NCBI GenBank assembly: GCA_051294375.1 | Contig: JBJCIZ010000602.1 | Span: 1 to 26,590, forward strand | Length of the DNA stretch: 26,590 nt | Source of the DNA: Paraspadella gotoi | Lineage: Eukaryota > Animalia > Chaetognatha | Direction: 5' to 3' | Shown: in pieces, positions 1 to 10,124 of the stretch | Position numbering within the stretch: the stretch's first letter is position 1 | Layout of the letters: each line of letters begins with the position of its first letter | Translations under genes and position numbers: made by a program | Notes under the pieces: model-generated | What the model saw: only the letters and a program-made list of their open reading frames with translations | Told to the model about the DNA's origin: nothing | The model's database searches: none

Positions 1-278
1 ATGGACAAATATTGACATAATTTTTTTTCTAAAGTTGCCAAAATGGTACTCTTTTATCATTAGAAACAGATGGAGATGTTTCTTAACCAATCCTTCGTTA
101 GGCCAAATTTGTGTTGTGGTACAAAGTTAATCAACATTGTAAGTAACAACTGAACAATATTGGAAAGAGTCGTTTTTTTCCTAAATGCAACGTTTGTACG
201 CGGAACATTAAGCCTTTAATTCCAGTCTCCATTATTCATTAACTTATTCATCTGTGATCAAAATCTTGATTCTCATAA

Positions 279-2157
279 TATCGGTCCGCCCTCGCACGAA
301 ATGCCCTTTTGTTTGCGGTAGTCGATAGATTCGCGTTTATCAGAGTAAGAAAAATGAACAAATTACATCGTAAGATGAAAAAAGCGAAAAAATAAGGGAT
401 GCCATCACGTGAACCCCAAATTGACCAATGGAAGCCCAGCAAACCCTCTGCCGGCTCTCTCATCCGGAATTGGATGTCCTCTATCTTTTTTCGCCTCATC
501 GAGTTCGGTTCTCACCGATTAGATTTTGCGTTTTTTCACACATTTTTCACGATTTTTCGAATTCTCAAGATTTTCACTATTTTCTACGACGAAATCCGCT
601 CATACAATATTTTTCAATATCGATAAACAAGAGACGAACGTTCGGACAGGGAGTCCCGGTGACCCATTGGGATCCGCGACCTGGCCTCTTCGTCGCGCTG
701 GGACCGACGACGTTCTCATCGGCATCTGTAACGCGTTTTGCACGCCAGGCTGCCATCTGAGTCCGCCTGATGGGTCGTCGCGGAGTTCACGCTCCGACGC
801 CGCTCAACGTGCTTCACCGCGACTTTTTGAGGAGGCGTTTCCAGGGAAATCACGCGTTTTTCTCTCCATCCCTTTCGCGTGCGTCGCTGAGAATGCAGTG
901 GCGCGCGAAAACGCCTTCCCTCTTGGTCACCGATGATCTGCGCAGATCAAGGAGGCTCTCCGCCAGGCTCGGCCAGGGATGACGTCTTCTCTCGCTTTGA
1001 CGTCCTCGCCGCCCCACTCCCGCGACGCGGCGTTTCCTTCTGGCGAAGACCCTCAACCACTCTGCTGGCGAGTTCCGCCGCTGAAGCGGTCCTTCAGGCG
1101 CAAGTGGTTAAGAAGTCCGATACCCGCAGTAAATGGGTAATTAAGTCGGATGACACCCCGGCTTTCGACTCAAGGCCTCCGTCGCGCCCGCAACCAGCCT
1201 CCACCTCGGCCTTGAGTCTAATCACCGACTTCTCTTCGTCGGCGCTCTTTCCGGATCTCCTGTCGGAGGCCCGTTGCCTTCATTTTCAACCTTTCAACGG
1301 ACCCTCGTTGGAAGTGCATCTCTTTTCCTCGAAATCTCTCGGGATCCGCCTCACCTCGGAAAACAACGCCGTTGGTCGACATCGCCCAGCGTCCGCTGGG
1401 CTTACTCCCCAGATGTTCCTTGTTCCAAGGAGTACTAAGCCCGGTTCCCGATTTTAATCTTGCAGCTAAAGTTCAGTTTTTCTCTCGCCGCCATTTTTCC
1501 GGATGAGTCCCGGATAGCCCGAATAACGACCTACTGCAGGTTTGCACGCAGGTGTTGACGGACGCCTCCTCTCAGAAGCGGGGCCTCCTTTTCTCAGCGC
1601 GTCCATCTTTTGGAAGATAGTCTCGTCGTAGGATTCGCTGTTCAGTGACACTCCGTTCATCACGAGGAGATTCTCATCACGGGTCTGGCGGCTGAGGTGC
1701 CGCAACATGTCGATCTGGAATCCCCTTAAGGGGTGTTTCATCGTTTAGGCGTCCTTCATGATCTCCTCCAGCATCGCTCTCTTCGGCTCAAGCGAGGGGC
1801 TAGACGTCTTGGCGCTATGCTGGGTCTTTGACCTGGCCTACCCCTCCTCTTCTGACGCTGAATATCCTCATCTCGTATGCTGGAGAAGTCTACCAGGGAG
1901 CTTGGAGCCCCTTTCTTGACGTTTTCCTTCGGATGGAGAGCTTGAGGGTCTGAAGCCATTCCTGAGGATGTTCTGCGCTTCCTCGGGTAGTGTGTGAGAA
2001 GGGTCTCCGCCGACAGCACGATCATCCGCACGATCATCCTTCACGGATCAGCCATCTCAGCGACTCTCCAGTCTCCACTCCCTGGGGAGCGCCGGTCGAA
2101 TTCTTTAAAAATTCCCAATGCCCGCTAAGAAATTGTTCAAACGCCCGGTCGCAAAAC
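279..2157. other. GC-rich segment of unknown origin (decayed coding sequence or TE body), paralogous at its ends to 8218-9185
   Basis: Much higher GC than the flanks, with only short broken ORFs and no recognisable domain. 279-485 resembles 9185-9015 (minus) and 2101-2157 resembles 8213-8280 (plus). Confidence 0.5.
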
Positions 2158-3993
2158 TTTTCCTCTAGACTCCACGAAGTTCAGGCTCTCATAACTCTCG
2201 AAATATGGCTAAAAATTTCTTTATATTCGAGGATCAGATGCGGGAATTAATGGTTTATTGCCCACCTGACGGGATTTTAAGAAATTTTCAAAATTTTGCG
2301 CTCCAAAGCCCCTAAATTTTTTTAAAATTATTTCTCATCTAGTCTTAAAAGTATTAACCCAAAATAATTAAAATTTTTATTGAAAAGTCGTCCTAAGTTG
2401 AAGCTATAAAATGACGTAAAAAAAAATTTAAAAAATTATTTCTATTTTTATTTATTTTGAAAAATTGTTAAAAAGCTATGGTACCATTTGTCCTTTAAAA
2501 AGAGTTCAATTTTTAAAAATTTTTGGATACAAACAATTGTCTCTCTCGCGAGATTGTTGTAAGATTACTTTATCATTAAAAAAAATTTGTTTAACTAATG
2601 AAAATCTTTTTATAATTTGTCAAAAAAAAGGGAAATGGCTAAATATATAATGTTTAAATCTGAATTGTCTCAGTACATCCAAAAGTTAGAAGCTATACTG
2701 ATTCTCAATAGTACTTTCACCATTTAAAAAATATTTTTTACAACCAGAGATATTTATTTACCAAAGCGACAAAATATTGTAAAAATCAACCTTTTTTTAA
2801 AGCTTAATAAAAACTGATGGAATGAATATATTCCAATGAAATTTTGCAATTCTAATCCAAATAACCAACCATTTTAAGACAACCCAAAACTTGCAACCAC
2901 TCACTTTCCAAAAAAAAGGATATACATTGAAAAGATAGATTTTTTAATTTGAAATCTATTTTTTTTAACTTTCAAATGAATTTTGATCGTTATTAATTAA
3001 ATAAATCATAATAGATCAGGTCAGTTCTGGATAATCTATATACCAATAATATTCATTCTGTCGAGATTCCACAGTTAGAATTTATAAAAATAGGCTAATG
3101 ATTTGGTCAAATAAATATGGTAGGTAAATTTTGGAAGAAAATGATGAATTAATTTAATCTTTATGTTCACCATAAAGATAGCCCCTTTTTCAAAGTTTTC
3201 TTGTTCCAAACATCTGCCTCGGCAAAGACAAAAAGAAGGACCCTGTTATGCAACTTACCATAAGGTAAGTCGACTGCTTGAAAATAATTCTAAACAAAGA
3301 TAACAAGACCAAAATATTATTTAAGCGCTTTGCTTCATTAATCAATTAACGATTCCCCAGTTGTTGTTGTCAAAGTTGAAAAATTTGCCATCGCTGCTTT
3401 TAGTTAAGGTTATTGAGGGGTTGTTGAAAAAATGGGTCAGTTGTGAAATAGTAATGAAATAGTGAGTGAGAGATTAATGGAAGAATGAAATATTCAATGT
3501 GAGATTGATGGAGAGAAAGAAAGATTGATTGGGAAATTGATAGAGAGAAAGGAAGAGAGAGTGAGAGTTTGACGGAGAGAAGAAAAATTGAGAAAATTGA
3601 AGGAGAAAAAAAAAGATTGATTAAGAAATTGATGTAGAGAAAGAAAGATTGATTGAGAGATAAATAAATAATATTAATGGCAAACGTGAATACTGAATAG
3701 TTCAAACCAGCATAAATTTAGACAAAAGTTTTAAATATTTTAAAATTAAAATTTTTAAAAATAGATTCTGATAAAGATTAAAAAGTTAGATAAAAGGTAA
3801 GTACTATCAAATTTTAAAAATATTAATGATAAATGGGTTAAAATTAGACTTTTACTCACTCTAATCCCTGTCCTCATCTTCACCTATTCTCACATCTGAC
3901 CACTGTCCTATACTAAATTCTTTGTTGGAAACTCCCTCTCTCTCTCTTCTCACCAACTCAATGTTTGTTAAAAAAAAATTTTGTGTCTTTTTA

Positions 3994-4045
3994 AAAATGC
4001 TGATGAAGGCTTGAAGAACAAAGCCGAAACATGTCCAAATTTTAT
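3994..4045 (+). ncRNA. Minimal type-I hammerhead ribozyme motif (Penelope-like pLTR remnant)
   Basis: CTGATGA (4000-4006), stem II GGCTT/AAGCC, GAAAC-AT-GTC (palindromic mini stem III, GUC cleavage triplet at 4033-4035), then AATAAA. Stem I is only partly paired. Confidence 0.65.
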
Positions 4046-5121
4046 GCTAATAAATATTTTGTTGTTCCAAAAAATTTCGTTTCTTCTAATTCAACAACAA
4101 AAAAGAAAGGATAACACAATGTCTTACCGAAAAAAACCCTAAAAATTATTCATCATCATTGTTGAGGAACTAGTAGTCAGCCTGCTTGCCAGGTGTATCT
4201 CCATCCTATGACCCGTCGCGCCATTACTGGGGAAGACTGCCGTCCAACTTTCCTCGTCGCCGGGAATTGGGCGCGGCCGGAATTGGGCGCGGCCTCATCC
4301 AGCGCCCCTTTGGTGGCGCCGTGCGAGTTGATGCCGAGACCCTTTGTTGGCGAGGGTGTCACCCTCTTTGTCACTGCCTCAGTCAGTTGTCCAAAAGTCC
4401 ATCAAAAGTGCCTGTGGTCGAAGTGTGGGACACCACCAGTCTAATTGCCCATGTTACAAGACGTCATGATCTGCTACAAGTGGTGACAAAACGTGACTGA
4501 GTGGGCAACGTGCCTCAGGTCCCTGTAAAAAGGCCGTTTTAGGACGGGCTGAGGTCTCACAGTGACTGGTCTCTCTGTGAAACGTGAAAAGGTAAAGAGC
4601 ATAGAAAGTAGCAGCACAGATAGGCTTGAGTAGACAAATGTAGAAAACGAATCATGATGAGCAAAATAAAACAGATGAGCAACAGCATCTCTCAACAATA
4701 ATCATCCCATTAATTTAATAGTTTTGTAATTTCATAGACAAATCATTTAAAAATTTCAAAAAAGTTTGTAATAAATAACCTTCTTCTACTTTTCAAGCTC
4801 TATCAGAATCCGTTAAAAAAATTAGAATTTAATAAAAAAAATTTTGGACATTATATAGTTATTTGGGATAATATAAAATAGCTTCCATGCGTTTAACCAT
4901 AAGAATAAATATTAATTTTTTAAATTTTTACGATCTTTTAATAAACATTAACAATATTTTATACCAGACTTTTGTTAAGTTCATTACTTATTACTCACTT
5001 TGTCGGTCCGTCAGTCCTCCCCAACTTTTGTTGGTAAACTCATTTTATCATATCAGAAAATCGAATTTGATAAATAATTGCAAAAAAAAGATTTGAGATT
5101 CAACAACAATTTTTTTTTATT

Positions 5122-5170
5122 TATAAACGGACATGTTTCGGCTTTGTAATTCAAACCATCAAGGTTTATA
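5122..5170 (-). ncRNA. Degenerate hammerhead ribozyme motif, same family as 3994-4045
   Basis: Minus strand reads TATAAAC-CTTGATGG-TTTGAATTACAAAGCC-GAAACATGTC-C-GTTTATA followed by AATAAA. Stem I TATAAAC/GTTTATA is intact but the CUGANGA box is mutated. Confidence 0.5.
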
Positions 5171-5215
5171 GAATTTGTAAAAATTATAGGTAAACTATGT
5201 GAAAAGAACTAACTG

Positions 5216-5357
5216 CTTATCCCTAATCCCAACGCTAATCCTAAAACCAGATTTTCTAATCCTTATCCCTTGCCTTAATCCTAATCCTTAACCCTATCCC
5301 TAACCCTATCCATAAATTATTCCCTCAATCAAACTTATCCCTAACCGAAACCCTAAG
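5216..5357. repeat. Degenerate telomere-like (CCCTAA/CCTAAT/CCCTAT)n tract
   Basis: Repeated ccctaa, cctaat and ccctat hexamers. Confidence 0.6.
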
Positions 5358-5529
5358 CAAAACTTAATGGGGAAGCCGGCCATTATTTTTATTGGTGAAG
5401 AGACCAGTAATTATTGATAAGTGTTAATGAAAGAAACCGTTCAATATAAGCAGTCCCTGAGTTCGAAATCAGGCTGTAACCACCATGTTACAGCGGGTTA
5501 GCGCCCCGTCCCTCTTAAACTGCTAGGCG

Positions 5530-5596
5530 GCCACCGGGCTAGAAACCCCGACCTTTGGGTTGGGAGGCGAATGACTTGCCTCTGGGCACCAATGGC
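5530..5596 (-). mobile_element. tRNA-Gly(CCC)-like SINE head or tRNA pseudogene
   Basis: Minus strand GCCATTGGTGCCCAGAGGCAAGTCATTCGCCTCCCAACCCAAAGGTCGGGGTTTCTAGCCCGGTGGC resembles eukaryotic tRNA-Gly (GCATTGGTGGTTCAGTGGTAG...TCGCCTCCCA...GGGTTC...CCCGG). The anticodon stem and B box are degenerate. Confidence 0.6.
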
Positions 5597-6665
5597 GCTG
5601 ATGAATGGTTGGTGGATTTTAGTCCACCATATGGTAAGCTTCAGCCAATAACAACGCGCAACCTTTGAGTTCTGCTCCCTCTCTCTTTTCTCACTCACTC
5701 ACTCACTTACTAACTCACTTACTTAGTCACTTACTTTTTTCACAACACTATCTTTTTCAAACTGATGTCTTTAGTTTTTTCCGCACTGTCCTCTTAAATT
5801 TGACCCGACGCTGTACTGTTATAATATTTTTACCCTACAAAAAATAATTTTTCTCAATCTTAAACTTGTTGTGTTAAGACTGCACATTTTTGGTTAATAA
5901 CTTTGAAACTAATCAAAAATTATAAAATCTGTTTTCTTTCATTTTTAAAACTTAAGTGGTATAAAATTACAGATACAATTTTAAATTAATAATTTTTAGG
6001 TGGCTAGTTTTTTAATAAGTGATTGAAAATTGTGTTTTTTTTAGGTATTTTTGACAGTTATTGGTCATATTACTCAAAGTTAATTTTAAAAGTCTATATA
6101 TATACATATATTGGAATCACTTGATCCCCCTCTTTGCTTGGGACAGAAAAATTTAATATAGACTGGCATATCTCAAAAAATGACAAAATGTTTTAATCTT
6201 GTAATCCAAGTTTTCTAATGTGGTAATATTTTTTTTTAATTTGGGTTTGTCTTATGGGTTAAAGCGCATGTTTTACATATTTTTAAAAATCATTACGTAA
6301 TTTGATTTATTATTTTTAACTATTTTAGTGAAAAAGTTTTAAACTTTTGTTTTTTTAAATACCTCCCTGAAATTACATCAATATGTGCGGGCATGTTAGT
6401 CATTATATGGACCAAAAATAAAACAAAATTAAAAAAGAAATAGCTGTTTTTAGAAGCAAAACAAAATAAAAAATAAATCAAGACCTTAGCGCAAAATTTG
6501 AATTGATTATTTTCCATCAGGTGGGCAATAGAGCAAATTTTCCTTCATCTTTTACGAAATCTTAGCTATTATAACGATAAGTTTATATGAGTTATTCATT
6601 CCTGAACTTCTTGGAGTCTAGAGAAAAAGGTACTGTACTTATTTGAAAGTATTTTTAGAATTATT

Positions 6666-6820
6666 TTCGTTTTTTCCATTTAAACTCATTCCACTCAGAC
6701 GATTCCATCGAAACTTGATTTCCAGCTTAATCACATACTTTTTCTACCACATACAAATTTCAGGTCAATCGCCCCATCCACTCATAAGCAATGGTGTTTC
6801 AAATAAAGAAATATATTTTT
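6666..6820 (+). repeat. Single ~150-bp core unit of the repeat family also found at 19788-20070 (mirror copy ~15870-16025)
   Basis: TTTCCATTTAAACTCATT(T)CCACTC..ACGATTCCATCGAAA...TCCAG.TTAATCACA is shared with the units at 19795 and 19943. Confidence 0.8.
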
Positions 6821-8085
6821 TTATCGTCGCAATCGCTAAGCGTTTGCGACGATATTGTAACATCTTTGGCGCATAAGTGGCGTCGTCGTCGTCGTCGGCG
6901 TTCCAAATTATAGATCGCCTTTTTTTATGATTAAATTTGGGTTTATGAAGCTGAAAATTTATATACAGCTTCTCATCATCGATGTGCTTAAATTGAGTCT
7001 GGACAGTTATTAAATATGTTTTGTTTTTACGTTTTTATCAAAACAAACAAATTTTCTCTTTTATTTTTATATTTTTCTCTCTCTCTCTTTTTTCTTTTAT
7101 TACATGTCTCTCTCCCTCTCTCTTTTCCCTATTCACTGATTCATAATCATAGGGGAAAAAAACACGAGTCTGCAGGGGCTTATTCTTTTTCTCTATTTTC
7201 TCCTGCTTTTGCTGCTGCCTTTTGAGTCTGCAGCTGGCTCTGCAGGGGCTCTCTCTTTTTCTCTCTTTTCTCCTGCTGCTTCTGCTGCTGCCATTTGATT
7301 TCTTTCTTTCTCTCTCTCTCTCTCTCTCTGTGTTTTTATTAAAAAAAAAAAAATTGAATTGGGATTGAACTCGTAAAATTAGGCATCGCATTCGTGCATG
7401 TTATCATTTTGATATAGTAACATCGGGTTTTTATTTTCACTTTAGTCTTTACTTCACTTCGTCAGTCTGATTAAAGTTTTACTTTGTCTTTTGTCTGGGA
7501 ATGCTGACAGTGTTTAGAGAGGTCGCATTCTGCTCGTCATCAAACTGCTCGCTTATGCGTACTTAAAGTAAAACAAAAGTACCTTCAATAATGTTACTCC
7601 AGTCTTAGCACTTGCTAAAAATTAAAACTCGAAAATAAGTTATTTTACGGTTTTATATTTTATTCTTTTGACAATGAAAAAGTTTTTTTTTTTTTTTTTT
7701 TTTTTAGAAACTGTAACTGTAAATTGACAATCGCAAAACAGAATTTTTCTTTCTGTTTATAAATTAATTTTCTTTTTTTTTCCTTTCTATTCTTTATTTC
7801 CTTTTTATCTTCTTCCTTTCTTTCCTTTCTATTCTTTCTTTCCTTTCTATTCTTTCCTTTCCTCTATTCTTCTTTCCTTTCTATTCTTTCTTTTTTTCTA
7901 TTCTTTTTTTTCTATTCTTTCTTTCTTTCTTTCCTTTCTATTCTTTTATTTATTCTTTTCTTCTTTTTCTTTCTGTTTATAAAGTAATTTTTTTTTTTTC
8001 AAATTATGATTTTTTTAGTATCAAAATTTGTCGTCAATCCAGATTTTTCTTATGCAATTGCGACGATCCTTATGCTTTTAAGATT
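6821..8085. mobile_element. Helentron-associated (HINE/DINE-1-like) non-autonomous element
   Basis: Terminal hairpin ATCGTCGCAA(6823)-N11-TTGCGACGAT(6853), then a (CGT)n microsatellite, and a second TTGCGACGAT at 8058-8067 near the other end. Both flanks are T-rich and there is no TSD. Confidence 0.6.
7770..7975. repeat. Pyrimidine-rich ~18-bp minisatellite (TTTCCTTTCTATTCTTTC)n; mirror at ~14710-14930
   Basis: Repeated TTTCTATTCTT units. The mirror shows cleaner GAATAGAAAGGAAAGAAA units. Confidence 0.85.
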
Positions 8086-8212
8086 TTTGTTTTTTTATTT
8101 AAACTCAGAATGCATCAAATGTTTAAAGTGAATACATTTTTGAATCGCCAGGAGCTCAGCTTTTTGAATCTGCCATTTTTGCTTATTTTCAAGTTGATTT
8201 GAATGACCCTTT

Positions 8213-9185
8213 TTCTTAAAAATTCCAATGCCCGCTAAGAAATTGTTTTGCTCCCTCTGTTCAAACGCCCGTCGCAAAACGTTACCTTATTTGGAAGTAT
8301 TTTTTAGAATTATTTACTTAACAAATGTAAAACCAAATTTTCTCTCTCTCGCCGTATAAAAATGAATGCCACTTTGTACAATTAGCTAATTCGATTCCAT
8401 TCGCTTTTCTGATTTCGCCATTTTTATCTCGACCACCTCCACGGTCTTTGAGAGATACCCTCCCTCACGTCGGTTTTTTTCTCCTTGGTTTGCTGCCTCT
8501 GTTTTGCGCTTCGACACGGCGCCACTTCCGGTCGCGCCGAGCATTTCCTCCGATGCTCACGCTTCTTTGTCGCTATAGCATCGGCACGTCGCCCTTCAGA
8601 GATCGTTTCTCTTCGCTGCGACGCGGGCCATCTTTCCTCAGCGGCAGACCACTTTCGTTTGGTTCCATTGACGTCCTTAGTCTGAGAGGATCGGGCATTT
8701 TGATCCGCCCACGCGTCTTGATGCTTTGCCGCTCTCAGATCGCTGCCCGGTTCAGACGACGACGCTTGCTCTCCGTTCGGAATTTGCGCCGCCGCACGAT
8801 TTTCTCTTCTGCCCCCCGCTCCGCCTTCCGTCGGCCTTCGATGTGGCGTTTGGCTTCTATCAGGAATCTCTTCTCGGAGGTCTCGACACTTCCGGGATCG
8901 ACGATCGCGTCGTGGATATCGGCGTCATCCTTCACACTGGAGTTTGGTCTGGCGTGCAAATGACCGTCTTCCGTTTCCACTTGGGGCACCCCTCTGGGAT
9001 CTTCTGGAGACGATTGAGGACAATCCAATTCCCGGACGAGGGAGAGAGAGCCGGCGGGGGGTTTGCCGGGCTTCATTGGTCAATGCCGGTCACGTGTTTT
9101 TCTTACTCTGATAAACGCGCTATCTATCGACTACCGCAAACAAAAGGGCATTTCGTGGCGAGGCGGACCGATATAGAATCAATAT
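8213..9185. other. Second GC-rich segment of unknown origin (mirror ~13508-14472)
   Basis: GC-rich, with a basic low-complexity minus-strand ORF (8735-9076) that has no recognisable domain. Its terminal blocks are shared with 279-485 and 2101-2157. Confidence 0.45.
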
Positions 9186-9247
9186 TCCATAAATAAAGAT
9201 TGTTTTTGTTTTTACCCTCTCCGGTAGAATTTTAAGAAATATTTAGA

Positions 9248-9480
9248 GTTACCAAGTTGTAGAGATTTTTATTTTCATTAAACAATGTGTTATAATTCGT
9301 ATCGGACTTGTTTCTGTTTTACAGTGTTGAAAATTGTTGTGAAAATTTAGAAGAGATTTTTTCCTAACTTCACAAGTGTTAAACGCGCTGAAAAAGGTTT
9401 AAAATTAAACCGAAACATGTTCGATACTAATTGTAAACTCATTGTTTAATGAAAATAAAAATCTCTACAACTTTGTAACT
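9248..9480. repeat. Local inverted repeat (~67-bp arms) containing a degenerate hammerhead-like motif at 9388-9421 (mirror 13243-13276)
   Basis: GTTACCAAGTTGTAGAGATTTTTATTTTCATTAAACAATG... pairs with ...CATTGTTTAATGAAAATAAAAATCTCTACAACTTTGTAAC. The motif reads CTGAAAA-A-GGTTT-AAAATT-AAACC-GAAAC-AT-GTT. Confidence 0.7.
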
Positions 9481-9570
9481 TTAAAATTAATAGCAACGAA
9501 AAGAAAGGAAACGATATGAATAAGAAAAATCCTGAACCTCCCCAAAAATAAAATGCTTGAAAAATAAACA

Positions 9571-10098
9571 ATGGCCGGCGTTTCTCGGTTTCTACGCTGT
9601 TTCAGAAAACGTTGGGTTTTGGGTCTCATTTTCGCTCTGTCCTTCATCTACTTTTTGATCAGGTGAGTTCTAAAAAAGAGCCGTAGACACTCTCAGCTTT
9701 CTTTTTATACTTGAACCTATTCTTTTAACAGCATGTCATTGATAAACGTCAAAGGAAGTTTGCCAAACGTCGAATCCGGAATCTTCAGTCACTCGTCCGA
9801 CTCAGAAGTTTTAAAAAACGCGGTTTGTCAGTTTGTGTTGGTTTTTCTGATAGTTGATAATGATTAATGAATTTAAAAAAATGTTATTTATAACATGATA
9901 TAAATAATTCTACTGCCTTCCGAAAAAATAATATATAAATAAAAACCGGTTTCAATTTTAGTCTGAACGAAACCCGAACTGGCTTCGTTCTTCAATTCCA
10001 ACAATGGATCCGTTTTGAAAACTTGTCGAAACTCTGTCCAAGGAAAGACGCTCATCGCTGACGAGAGAGGTTTCGTTTGTGACAGGATGGATCTTCAG
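9571..10098 (+). CDS. SPRING1: SREBP-regulating protein SPRING1 (C12orf49/UPF0454), exons 1-3 only: 9571-9662, 9732-9822, 9962-10098. This copy has a 1-nt deletion after 9987 and no 3' exons.
   Basis: Exon 1 MAGVSRFLRCFRKRWVLGLIFALSFIYFLI matches the family's RKRWVL + TM N-terminus. Exon 3 TCRNSVQGKTLIADERGFVCDRMDL matches the TCRNSIQGK..ITDELGYVC motif. Introns are GT-AG. Confidence 0.88.
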
Positions 10099-10124
10099 GT
10101 GAGCCTTAGCCTCGCCGCTACACT

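Larger units (their letters stand above)
2157..6635. mobile_element. Non-autonomous TIR DNA element (Tc1/mariner-like ends, TA target) with nested repeats
   Basis: Imperfect ~150-bp TIRs: CTTTTCCTCTAGACTCCACGAAGTTCAGG (2157) vs CCTGAACTTCTTGGAGTCTAGAGAAAAAGG (6601), TATTGCCCACCTGA vs TCAGGTGGGCAATA, CAAAATTTTGCGCT vs AGCGCAAAATTTG. The right end is ...GGTACTG|TA. The empty site GCAAAACGTTACCTTATTTG occurs in the right arm (~16047-16066, minus) and at 8274-8293. No transposase ORF seen. Confidence 0.75.

Noticed and set aside
5216-5357. True telomere or chromosome fusion site
   Set aside because: The repeats are short, degenerate, in one orientation and inside a TIR element.
5530-5596. Functional tRNA-Gly gene
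   Set aside because: The anticodon stem does not pair properly and the T-loop/B-box is altered.
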